A DNA stretch of 64,000 bases from Lytechinus pictus (lineage: Eukaryota). Of this stretch, positions 1 to 12,700 are shown in pieces. The notes below the pieces were generated by a model. It was not told the origin of the DNA. It did not search any database and saw only the letters and a program-made list of their open reading frames with translations. The stretch spans positions 12,092,001 through 12,156,000 of the forward strand of contig NC_087250.1 of assembly GCF_037042905.1 (NCBI RefSeq), read 5' to 3'. Position numbers and translations under genes: made by a program. Numbering within the stretch: the stretch's first letter is position 1; every line of letters begins with the position of its first letter.

Positions 1-1089
1 TAGAGTGCTATAGAGACTTTGATATATAGGTAGCCTACATGTAATAGGCACTATATAATCAAGTACATGTATAATTCTTATTGGTGGTAGTGTAGTACTA
101 GAATTCTGTCCCATAATGGTAAAGCCACATGCTGTAACTCAATGAATTCTACAATGTGAACTGTTAAGAACAAATACATTGATTTGTGAAAATACATCTA
201 TAATATGTATAATTGCTTCATGGATATTATTTTATTTTCTTGTCACTGAATGTCTGGGGAGCATTTCATCATGAAACAGTGATTTCTACTGACTGATGTT
301 ATAAGCTACCAAAATCCTTGCATCTGATTGGCTCGGAAAGAGTCAGTCAGTGAAAAGCACTAAGTATTTGCTTCGTGAAATACCCCCCCTGGCCCTGGAA
401 GCAATGAAGGATGGGAGAAAAGATTGAGGAAGAGGGGGGTGCATTTGTAGAGAAAAAGTGGGAGAGAGAGCAACGGAGATAGAGATAAGAGGTAAAGAGG
501 AAAAAATCTTTGTATTTCAGAATATAAATAAAAAAGAAGGAAAGAGTGTGTTTGTGTGAGAGAGAGAGGGGGGGGGAGCAGAAGATACAGAAAATAAAAG
601 AGTTAAAAGAGCAGGAAAATTATTAAAACTTGTTTGTGGTAGAGGTACAATTTAATTTGAAGTCTCCTTTAAACTTTATCTTTAGTTTCTCACGTCCGCC
701 TTCTCTCCCCGTTTCCTACCACTTTGTCAATCTTTTCTTTCAGTCATACTTTCCTTTCACAGCCTTTCTCCTTACATGTATTTCCCGTTTCTTTAATTCT
801 TTCCTTCAGATTACTAACATAATATTGATTTTTGCAGCCTTTTTTCTATCATCCACTCTGTCCATCACTTATCCCCTTCCCTTTCCTCCTTTCTCTCCCC
901 TCTCTAATGCATCTCCTTTTCACTTTTTTAATATTGCTCTTTTGTCTTTTTCTCCTGACCTATCTCTCTCATTCTTTCCATTATTTTCTCTCTTTTTCTC
1001 AATCCTCATTGTTTTAGTCTGCAAGCACAGTCTCGTATTTGATACTTCAACCAATTATAACATGTCTAGAGTGAGCCACAGAACATATT

Positions 1090-1397
1090 GGCCTGTATTC
1101 TGAAGTCGGGTTTAACTTAAACTCGGGTTTAAAGTTGTGATTTAAGTATGGACAGCCAATTGTTACATAATCACTAACAGTAGATATATACTTTCAGCTT
1201 ATTTGGCTCTCAAATCATTCATAATTGTCTAGGAAGTATAAATAGATGATTGTCTTCACCATCTATGAATCAGGAAAGAGCACAGTAAACATAAAAAACA
1301 TACGACTTAATAAAAAATTTGATACTTTTGGCTTCCCATACTTAAACCACAACTTTAAACCTGAGTTTAAGTTAAACCCGACTTCACAATACGGGCC
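1090..1397. mobile_element. MITE family A (TIR GGCCYGTATTCTGAAGTC.GGTTTAAC); other copies at 2031-2330, 19964-20282 and degenerate ~23880-24198
   Basis: Long terminal inverted repeats and several dispersed similar copies in the window; non-coding. Confidence 0.8.
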
Positions 1398-2846
1398 AGT
1401 GAATCTAGTCTCACTACTTCAGACTCTGCATTATTATGCAATACGATAATGGGGAAAATCTAGGATCTGTGTCTGCAGACTATTTTCTTATGTATCAAAC
1501 AAAAATACTATAGTAAAATTACCAACATGTATACCACGAATTAGAGAAACAGTACAAATAGTTTATTTACACACACAAATTCTACAATACAAAATTAGAA
1601 GAGATAAGAGTTGGAACGAATGAAAATGTTACGATAACATGATTTAACCCTCTTTCAGGAAAACCTTGCAAATTTTCTGGTTTCCCTTGAACACTGGATC
1701 TTAATCTATAAATACCACCTGGCTTATGAAGCCCACTTTTCTAGTCTTCCTATGCAAAAGATCAAAGGTCTGTACTTGCAGACTACATTGGATGTATTGT
1801 AATTTGGGAAAATATTCGGGGGGGGGGGGGGGTGTAATCCTCATTGGGGCCATATGCAGTTGCACAAACATGACTCTAGCTAAATTAATTCATTCTAAAG
1901 AAATATCAACTACATGCTATGATTAAATGCACTACAATACAGACAATCTACACTGTTCTATAATACATTATAAAAGTATATTCTCATAATTTTCATATCA
2001 CTTTATAATCTAAAAACACATGTACACAGTGTCCCGTATTCTGAAGTCAGGTTTAACTCAGACCACATTCTAACTCTCTGTTAAAATTATGGGGAGCCAA
2101 AGTATCAAAAATCTTGTTTATATTGTATATGTCTTATGTTTACTGATTTGTTTCCTGTTGCTTTAAAATGAAGACATACTTGTATACTTCAAAACACTTC
2201 GATTATAATTCCCAGACAGTTCTGAACAATTTCAGATGAGTTCATGAATTGGATGTGTGCTGTTAGGAATTTAGACCCAACCACAGCTTTAAACCAGGGT
2301 TTGATTTAAACCTAAGTTCAGAATACAGGCATATATGTCTGTTCGACTACGTTCAAATACAAAAAGAACATAAAAAGCAGCCAAAGAAATAGTTTGATGG
2401 TACGACATCACGATTATAAAAACTCTTCATAAAATATGAATTGTATATAATACAAGGTGTAAACTTTCCCCAGAAATATAGGTACAGTACTCAAAGATGT
2501 ACAAGTAGGTACAGGGACTTGCGAGAATATGCTTGAGAAATACCTGAAAATATTCCAGCAGTTTATATTGTTAGTATTTCCCTGCATTTGCAACTACATG
2601 TATATCCCATTTTCCTCGAAAATTATCAAGAGGCAGTATTTAACAGTATTTACCACAAGTATACCCACTTATATGGCAAATCCTGTTACAATACCATCTA
2701 TTCGGAAAGTACATAAAATAAGGCTCATCTGTTTCAGTTGCAATTGACTATGAAGCTGATTTTTTTTTAATGATTGCATACGATGCCAATGCAAACAATT
2801 GTAGAAAGACAACCATTAAAACTCAATGGTACGGAATTGGGAACCT

Positions 2847-3206
2847 GGAGGCCATTTCATAAAGCTGTTCGTAAGTTAAGAGCGACTTTAAGAACGACTG
2901 GTGGTCATTTCTTACGCGCTAAACAGTCGCCAATGAATATACCATTTACCACAAGAAAGGATCACCAGTCGTTCTTAAAGACGCTCTTAACTTGCGAACA
3001 GCTTTATGAAACACCCACCAGGTGAGTGTTTCATAAAGCTGTTCGTAAGTTAAGAGTGATTTAAGAACGACTGGTGAATTCCTTTCTTACGCGCTAAATA
3101 ATCACCAACAAACAGTTAATGGTGAATATCATTTACCACAAGAAAGGATCACCAGTCGTTCTTAAAGTCGCTCTTAACTTACAAACAGCTTTATGAAACG
3201 GCCCCC
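2847..3206. mobile_element. Two adjacent ~170-185 bp hairpin MITEs (TTTCATAAAGCTGTTCGTAAGTTAAGAG...CTCTTAACTT.C.AACAGCTTTATGAAA); partial copy at ~11088
   Basis: Each unit is nearly palindromic and the two units are near-identical. Confidence 0.8.
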
Positions 3207-4955
3207 AGATCAAAAACGTAGGATGTATACCTATGAGTAATAAGGTAATGTAAAAGCACACAAAAACTTGAACATAATTATTGTATTATAGCACATCACA
3301 GTCTAGTTAGAAAATTGCATATAGTTTTTTTTTCGGAAAAATTAGTAAAACCTCCAGTGCAAATGGCAAGATTCACACAACAAATAATTATTGTGCAAAA
3401 GTTTAAGGCAACGGTGGCATATTGCTAAAATTTCAAACATCAATATGATGAATACTCATATGGCAAGTACAAAAACACATTTGAGAGTTGAAATTCAGAA
3501 AAAAAAATCCCTGCAATAGTTAGAATAATCATTATGTGTGATGTATTTTGATTGATTAAACTTGAAATTACTTTCATCGCTTAATGATTTCTTGATTGAA
3601 AAATACATGTATCCCTGGTAAACTGATGGGAAAAAATGTAAAAAAAATATTTTAAAAACAAATTATTTTCACAGCCATAGAATGTACATGTCATAAAATA
3701 CATGTAACATTTTTGTTAATACTGACCCCAGTTCTTATCTACACAAAAATACAAATTACAATTAAAGTAATATTGAATAAACAATTATGCAAGTACATTT
3801 TGACCTTTAATAGTTTAAGTGATTTAGAACAAGTTTTATATTTCATGTCTTCATAATTTAAGCATAATCAAAGAAGTTGGGAGTATTTTCAAATATTCAT
3901 GTTCCATCCATACTAATTATTACTTCCCTAATACAAGCTGTACGTTGCATAGTTCACACACAGCTGTATAAAATAGAATATTCCTTTCATTTTAAAACTC
4001 CTCAGAAATATAAGATATACAGTAAATTGGATATTCCCATATCATTTTAAATGGGTACATGTACGTTTATGATTACTTATCAGGAATCACCTTTGAACTT
4101 CTTTCAAACCTACAATATTTGAAAATATTGATATAAATATATATATTCAAAGTTCCTATGTCCTTGTCTAAGATTAATATTTAGAACTTCTGAATAATAA
4201 ATTCTTCAATATATCAAAATGCGTTTCATATTTTATTTTATATACTACAAACAACATGTACAAGTAATATTCATAAAAGAAATATTGTATGTGGCAGCAT
4301 CAAATATCATATTTGCATATATTTGCATGTTGACCATGTAGTGCATGTGTATACTCCTGCTTTGAGAGACCAAGCAAAACTTTGAAATGTCATATTTTTT
4401 GTTACTTTATTCCCTGATCTGATTTTAATGACATTTTTTAATGTTGCACTTGTCTGATGTTTATCCCGTTTTATGCAAATTAAATTGCTGTTGAGGTGGA
4501 GTTGGCCTATACATGTACTTCATACATTAACCAAGAGAAGTGGTTACGCTGTTCAAGAACACATCAGCTTTTCAGTTCAGCTTTTCCCCAAGTTGCTGAC
4601 GTCAACAATTATGCTGCCTAACTTTGGCAAAAGGAAGCAAGTGACACATCAGTCGAATTTGAGTTATTGTTGTTTCTGAAACACCCTTTGTATGTTGCAC
4701 GTTCGGGCAAAATTTGGGGAAGAAATGATTGTTCTATGGAAAGATAATGAAGAAAATACACCGTATGCTGTTAAATTGCAATGACGTCTATGTGAATGAT
4801 GAACACACATTGCTCATTTACGCCAAATGATACTTTTGTAACTTGCTTCCTTTTGCCTAAGAAAGAATAGAGAAGAAATTCATTGTAACAAAATATCTCA
4901 GGACCATGAAACATATGAAGATAGCAGCACACAATCATACATGTATAGATATTAA

Positions 4956-5939
4956 AGGGATAGTTCGCCCTGATAATAAACTGGTTTTTATAATAAAAGC
5001 ATAATAAAATAGTGAAAAATAATGGTGAAGGTTTGATGAACACCCGTCAAAGAAGAACAGAGTTATGGGTTTGCAAAGTTTTGATTTTGTGATGTCATAG
5101 ACGAGCAGCTTCTGTTTAATGTGTTCTGTGATACAAATTACAAAAAAAATGTCATTTTCGTATGCGTGGGGGAAATACCTTCAGACATATTATACAAATA
5201 GCGAATAGGCACGAGTGCGATGGTGCGAGATTTCGCATGAGGTGAAAGAAAGATGCTCTATTTAACGAGGCGTTAGCCGAGTTGAATAGAGTGTTTCTTT
5301 CTTTCACCGAATGCGAAATCTCGCACCATTGCACGAATAAGAATATTCGCTATTTGTGTTGTACAACGCCTCGGAAGTTAGCGAAAATATGTAAAAACAA
5401 AGAGTTTTTCCTGCAGTAATCTATGAAAAGGGAGCAAAAATATGGAAAGCGAAAAGCAAAATCCCACAAGCGAACACCTTGGGCAGCATTGCGCATTTAG
5501 CTAGCAGGCTATACGCGTATTGCACCTGCATTTTTACTGAGCGCAATGAATTGAATCGTATTGTGACGTCACCTCCTAAAGCCGTGCAACGGTACATTTT
5601 GGATGGTACGTCTTTTGTGCAACGGTACGAATGTTTGACATTCAGCCTCCCATTTGCTCGCGTACAACAAGCTAAGTAGGCGTTGTACAATATTTGATAC
5701 CCCAGTCTGTAAGACAAATAAAGCTTATTCCTCATGTTCCATTACTAATTGGAATTTATATAACGTGGTATATGGGGGGAGCTGCTTGCATCTGACGTTA
5801 CAAATTAAAAAAAAAAAAAAAAAATCATATCTCACTTTATCTTCAATGGATCTTTATCGAACCTTCATGAACATTTTTTTTCGATTGTTTTGCTTTTGTT
5901 CAAGCCAACTTACATGTATCCTCAGGGCTATCTTCCCCT
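4956..5939. mobile_element. TTAA-flanked non-autonomous DNA transposon (Kolobok-like ends) carrying a nested element at ~5187-5693
   Basis: TTAA|AGGGATAG...CTTCCCCT|TTAA. Shorter relatives lie at ~42966-43452 and ~46340-46750. The nested part has ATATT(A/G)TACAA inverted ends and a relative at ~37735-38190. Confidence 0.65.
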
Positions 5940-6529
5940 TTAACATGCATGTACCCATGATCAAGTAGTGTACTCACTTCTTTTCGGAAGTATTTATTGG
6001 GAGTTCTCGCTCCACGACGAACAACAGAGTCAGGAACATAGAAAATGTATTGTCAAATGCCCTTCATGATAATGAACAACCTAGAAGTATTTGTCAAAAG
6101 TTGGTGAATCAAAACGGCAGTTTCGTCTAGGACACTGGACAAAAGACATATTTTAAAAACTTTTCGTCAGCTCTGAAACACGGGACAACTCTGCCGTTCA
6201 TGTTCACCCAAATTCAAACAAATACCTACCAGCTGTTCATTGTCATTTGATGGGCATTTCAATACATTTGCTGTGTTGTTCAATCTGTTCTGCGTCGTGT
6301 TAACACTCCGGTGACACGACATATGCTCCAGCCAATTTCGCCAAAGATAATAAGGTTTGGGTTAAGAATGCAATATGGTTTATGTTAGGTTTAGGGTTAG
6401 GTTTTATAGGAAAGGACATAGTTTTACATCCAGGGTTGAAGTTGGTCATTCCATTAGTGTGTGTGGAATTCACAGCCGAGCAATTGTCACTGGAGCAAAC
6501 GTCATGGAACAAACTCTCCTCTCTCATTT

Positions 6530-6739
6530 TCAGTTATGATGCTGTTTGTATTCTTTTTCATACAACATGTTTAGGTGATCAGCTGCGTTGAAGAATTCGA
6601 CTTCCCTGAACCGTGGATCGAGCGTGTACCACATTGCCAGGGCGCAGCGGCGCCCGTGGATCACCCCCTTCACGCCGTGTAGATTTTCTGATCCCGCCGA
6701 GAAGCCAACGAGACGCCCGCACTTTGGATTGACCTGGGC
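6530..6739 (-). CDS. P3H1: P3H terminal exon 11 (AQVNPKCGRLVGFSAGSENLHGVKGVIHGRRCALAMWYTLDPRFREVEFFNAADHLNMLYEKEYKQHHN*)
   Basis: ctccccaAG acceptor, 210 nt to TGA; contains the distal Fe-ligand His (NLHGV) and the 2-oxoglutarate-binding Arg (GRRCA). This frame is absent from the ORF track. Confidence 0.93.
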   Translation of the reverse strand, partial: AQVNPKCGRLVGFSAGSENLHGVKGVIHGRRCALAMWYTLDPRFREVEFFNAADHLNMLYEKEYKQHHN

Positions 6740-9700
6740 CTTGGGGAGAGATGAAGATATTTATGATAATTGTAATAAAGATGATGATCAAGATTATTAT
6801 AACGATGATGACAAGTAGGAGGAAGAAATAAAGGGGGTACAAAAGAAAAGAGGAAAAGGAAGAAGGAGAAATGGGAAGAGGAGGAGGAAGAGGAGAAGGA
6901 GGAGGAAAACAAGCAGGAGAAGGAGAAAAGAGAAGGAGAAGAAAAAGAACAAGAAGAAGATGAGGATGATGATCTTACAAAATGCTGGTTTCCATTGCAT
7001 CACCTCAAAGCAATAACAAAAAGTTTTTTAAACAATCGTCTAGCTACTTAGCTTGGGCATGGCATCAAAATGTCAAATTGATCATTTCCAAACAGAGCCA
7101 TGAAATGTCGAGCTTCTAAAAACTTTCTTTGTTAATCTTATTCAAAATGGAAATGTAGCGATGGAAGATTTTAGCCTTCCTAGTGAAAATAAACCTAGTT
7201 CAATGTTATGCATGTTGTGCCTATTGGAAAAAAAAATCATCTCTAGCTTGTCATGACACTATTGAACATTATACTATTGGCAAATTAACTGAAAATAAAC
7301 TACCTGTAGTTATAGTAATACATTTAAGCATTGTTTAACCAATCAGACTCAATTACCACATAAAAAAAATGTTCGGCCTTGATCGCTAATTTGAAGAAAC
7401 TGAGAGAAGAATAATGCTGCAGGTCTACACATTCCCCTATGATCGCCGTACGGGGAGTCGAGAACAGCAGTTTTAACAATTTTTGGTAATAGCTACATAC
7501 TGTATGGGTGGTTTGAATAAAATAAGCTAAAACAGTCGTTTTTTACTCGCCGTACGGCGGCCGTAAGGGAAACGTGACTACAGCATTACTCCTCAAGGAA
7601 ATGAGTTCGTAAGTGTAGTCCAGGGGGGTGTTTCACAAAGATTTAAGTGTGACTAAGTGTCGCACTTAAATGCCCACGCATATTTCAAGGGATGCAACAC
7701 GCAATCGTATTGATCAATACGCAGTAGCGCATGTCCACGCAGCATGATCTGACCAATGCGGTCATGCCTTTTATCAAGCACTCAACTAGGCATTTAAGTG
7801 CGACTCTAAGTCATACTTAAATCTTTGTAAAACACCCCCCCCCCCCAATGTAATTTACCTGTGGTGTATTGTTAAAGTTGGCGAAAATGAACTCCCCTCC
7901 TTCAAAGTCGTGATTCAGGTATAGGATAGCACTCCAGTCTCGCCAGACAAACGCTGGTAGTCTCTTGTGACAGTAACCTTTATGGTCCAGCTGGCAGTTA
8001 TCGGCATGGACGGGATGACTCAGATCCTTGCGTCTGATGGAAGAATCTAGAAAGATGTTGGAATGAATAGAATTTGGTCGAGAAGATTAGAGTTTGTAGG
8101 ATGTGTTTGGGATCTAACATTAGCTTTGACATTGAGAATTGACAATATTAAGTTCTCTCACTGAAAGACTCATCTCAATTTTTTGTAAGATGGTTTTGAT
8201 ATTTCATTATTCATAATCTCACAGTATTCTGTCATGAAGATAACTATATTACATAAGCTATTTATTATAATCTCATCACCACCACTTTAATCATCATCAT
8301 CATCATATTCAACACAATTACCTCCACCACAATCATCACCCTCGTCACCAACACAACAACCACCATCACAATCATCGTCATCATCATCATCATTATCACT
8401 ACCACCATCAACATCACCATCAACATCATTATCATCATCATCATCGTCATCGTCAACATCATCGTCACATCACCATCATCACCATCATCACCATCATCAT
8501 CATTGTAATCATACCTATCAACACCACATCATCACCATCATCATCATCACATCATTATCCTCACCATCACATCATCATCATCACATCATCATCCTCACCA
8601 TCACATCATCATCATCACATCATCATCACACCATCATCATCCTCATCATCACATCATCATCACTTCATCATCATCATCACTTCATCATCATCACATCACC
8701 ATCATCATCATCACATCATCATCACACCATCATCATCATCACATCATCATCATCACTTCATCATCATCACATCACCATCATCATCATCACATCATCATCA
8801 CACCATCATCATCCTCATCATCACATCATCATCATCATCACTTCATCATCATCACATCATCATCATCACCTTCATCATCATCACCATCATAATCATCATC
8901 ATCATCACATCATCATCATCACCACCATCATCATCATCATCATCTTCCTCCTCATCATCATTTTCATTATCACATCCATGGCGTGACCACCACTATCACA
9001 AACCACTACCACTACCACCACAACCACTACCATAACCTCTAATACTTTACATGTAAATCTACCTGCAAAGCATGCATGGTTGTCCTTTTTGGATACAGAG
9101 CATGAAATGCAATTATCATGAAAAAAAAAGAAAAAACAATCTAAACCACATCAGCTTATTCAAAAACTAACATCTAATATCTAATTCCTCTGCAACCAAA
9201 AGCCTATCAAAGTATTGACATGCATTCATCTATACACAGATATATACCTTTGTTTCTATAGAATACAGTGTGTATGGACTTTTCTATTCTGATTTACACA
9301 TTCAACTCTAAGAATAGAACAGGGAAGGGTCTATTTTTTTCTCAATTTGTTTGTTTCCCACATTCCAAAGCAGTTTCCTTGATCAATTTCTCAACATATC
9401 CCTTTTTAAACATTCTTATTCAATTTATTAGTTTCTCTTCTTTTTTTTTTATATATGTCAAATGAGTGTTTTAATGCTATCTGATAATGTTTACATTTAA
9501 AAATATACATGGAGGATACATGCATATGATAGTCAACAATTTATAATCAATTTGCTATCGTTTACATTAAAATCTATGAAACAGAGTAAGCACTATTTTG
9601 ACAATCATTCATCCATTAAAAAAAAAATGCCCCATTTTACAATGTGACTACTTTGGATGCAAGGTTCTGAACAACCATTAAAACGCATCATCGGGAGTAA

Positions 9701-12700
9701 TAAAATCCGCACACTCTGCCTGATAACATTGGTTGCTTGGACAGTGGGTCCTACGTATGCTAACAAATTTCTTGAATCATAATTAGTTTTTAATTACCAC
9801 TAATATTTCTAACTTCGCAATGCAATGTAATAAGCAAAATAACTGTTTTTTAAGCAAAATAACATTTTTCCAAGCAAAATTACTGATGACTTCTAACATC
9901 TGGATTCTAAGGAACTTAAATCACTATTCATTTCTGATGTATGAAGTTTTAAATGAAAGCAAGAAGTGGCCATGAAATAAATCAATACGTTGCCAATTTG
10001 ATGAATATAGCTGGAAATAATTCACTGCCCAAATAAAAAAAAAGAGAAAAGCAAATGATGCAGAAATAAATCAAATGGGAAGAAGTTCAGGGGAGGGGTG
10101 AACAGTTATGAATTATTCATAAGGTAAAATGATGGATTGAAGCATCTGATTGGCCAATGAGGGCAGGTAGGGGGTGTGGTTATCTAACATGCTGTCTCCT
10201 AGCAACCAGAGGGTGGAGCATGCAGCCTTTCTCTCTCAAGAAATGTCTGTCTGGGGGTAGGGGAGAAAATAACGGCTTGTAACTGACCTTCGGAATTGCT
10301 TCATCTGAGCCGAGAAATCCAACATAACGATTCCACAACAGTATGCATTATACAATAATTTACCAATAAAGGCCACCGCAAACCTCATGATTGGTCTGCG
10401 ACCCGATTTTGGAATGAAAAGTAGTAGAATTTGATGCTAATATTGAAACATGGAATATCTTACTGTGTAATGTTCTAAATCATCGTACCAATACCTGTAT
10501 TTAAATCTGTGACTATATGCTGCCAACCTTATTAAAGTAAAAGCAAATTTGATATCTAGTCATAATGACGTCATAGCAATCGTACGATCGGCTACGATTT
10601 GAATCTAGGTTGGCCTCTATTCCAAAATAATGGCTTGCACTTATCCGAATTTGTTATATTCTTATTATACTTTCAGCTAATTCTATCCTTAAAAAAAAAG
10701 ATACTTTGCATTCACTTTGTTAGAACATGAGTAAAAGGCGATTTATTCCAAAATCGGATCGTGGCCCAGTCGTAAGAGGTGCGGTGACCTTAACATTAAA
10801 AAGGGATCACATTGTATTACATTGAATGCTACAGACCATGCCCTCATTCGAGTCCAGTTGTGAAGTGTAGGTCGTAATAAATAAGCTGCTGTCGGGGGGG
10901 GGGGGGGGTGGTAGGAGCCCAATGTAATTCAACAGTGACTTTTTTAATTCTCAAATAAATAATCGTATTGGTGTAGCAACATTCAAGTGACCTAGCACAA
11001 TATTTTGTTGTCTCCTTTCTTCTTTTCTCTCTCTCTTCGCATTAAATTAATCTCTTAACCCCTTTTGGCACTGCCCCTGAAAACCAGGTGGGTGTTTCAT
11101 AAAGCTGTTCATAAGTTAAGAGCGACTTTCTTGTGGTAAATAATATTCACCCTTAAATGTTCATTGGTGATTATTAAGAGTGTAAGGAAGGTAAGATAAC
11201 ATATTATTGCCCAATATCTCAAGCAGAAAATACCCAAGCTGTGAGGGTAGGAATTTTTTTTTTTGGGGGGGGCTATTTTTTCTCAATGGGGCGATCGCTA
11301 AAATTTGTAACAGGCCATTTCTTTCTTTTAAAGGGCCACTTTTTGCACAGGAATACTAATGCAATAAATGCAAATATTGTCATCATTCTACCGTATTTAG
11401 AATATTGTTTTGTCAATACTCTTTAACATTTTTTATGGCAGATCTTGGGGTGAGTTGAGAAATGACGGTCGCCAAAAATCGTCCGTCGCCCTCAATTATT
11501 TCCTATGCTGGTCAAGAGTAACTTATTATATTAAAGGTGGTTGCAAAATTTCTTACAAAGGAATGATTTGTATTAAATCTAGCATATAACTGTATTGTTT
11601 TAAAATAATAGAAGTAATTTACAAGAGAGGCCAAGTGTTCCTTATACAGCGTGAGCATTCTAAATATTTCTTTCCCAAAATTCCGTTAAGAAATAAAACA
11701 AAGAAAACATGACTGTATAAAAGAAACATATTCAGTTATCAAACATACATAACCACAGAAAGAGACATACTAAACATTTTACACAGATATCTGGCAATTC
11801 AATACTTCAAAAAAATTATGTGGATCAAATTATTTGTGTCAATCCATGTAAAAAAAATCAAAAATACATGTAAGTCTTATGACAAGGCTCTCCATAAAAT
11901 GAAAATGAATGATTTGTACTTTAACAATCGAATTTCGAAAATGAACTCATTTGAAAGAGTAAATAATGGCCACCTCAGCAAATTGTCTACAATAAACCTT
12001 CAAATAGTTACAGAAGGTATTCATACGGCCACATCGTACTGAACATTTAGGTGCAGCTTCCCATGGACCGATTTCCATAATTTTTTTGCTGTGGATGTCT
12101 TTTCATCGTGCTTCACCACGATATTGTGTCGAAATATATCATAGGACAAAAAACTATGACATCATTGCTACCGATGATCATGAATAAACTATGACCGATT
12201 TCATAAAGATAAACCCACTGTGGGGAGGTTTATGAAAGGACTTGTCACATGTTTATCTGACAAGTCCAGTTTTATCCAACAGATTCAATTGTAACAGTGC
12301 TTGTCAGCCAATCAAAATCAAGGAAAATTGTCAGATCGGACAACTTGTCAGATGAAAAGCGTTGATGAAACGCTCCCCCAGGCTCAACGGCCCATCGCAA
12401 TCATGGATTCCATGGTAATTGCAATAATTGCAAATAACTTTATAATATGAAAAGGGCACCTATACTCTGTTTTCATTCCTGTTAGGTACCAGTATTCTTG
12501 GAAGTATTTCATCAACATTTTCGTTTGACAAGTTGTCAGATCAGGGGAGCGTTTCATGAAAGGACATGTCGGACGTTTTATCAGACAAGTCCCATTTTAT
12601 CCGACAGTTACTATGGTAACAGTGCCTCTAAACCAATCAGATTCAAGGAAAGTTGTCAGATATGACAACTTGTCGGACAAAAATATTGATGAAACGCTCC

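Noticed and set aside
6381..6403. TTAGGG-like telomeric motif (also near 14156 and 41102)
   Set aside because: Only two to three degenerate units, inside interspersed repeats; not an interstitial telomere array.
6579..7003. Minus-strand ORFs listed over the last exon
   Set aside because: They are in the wrong frames; the P3H motif frame starts at the acceptor at 6739.
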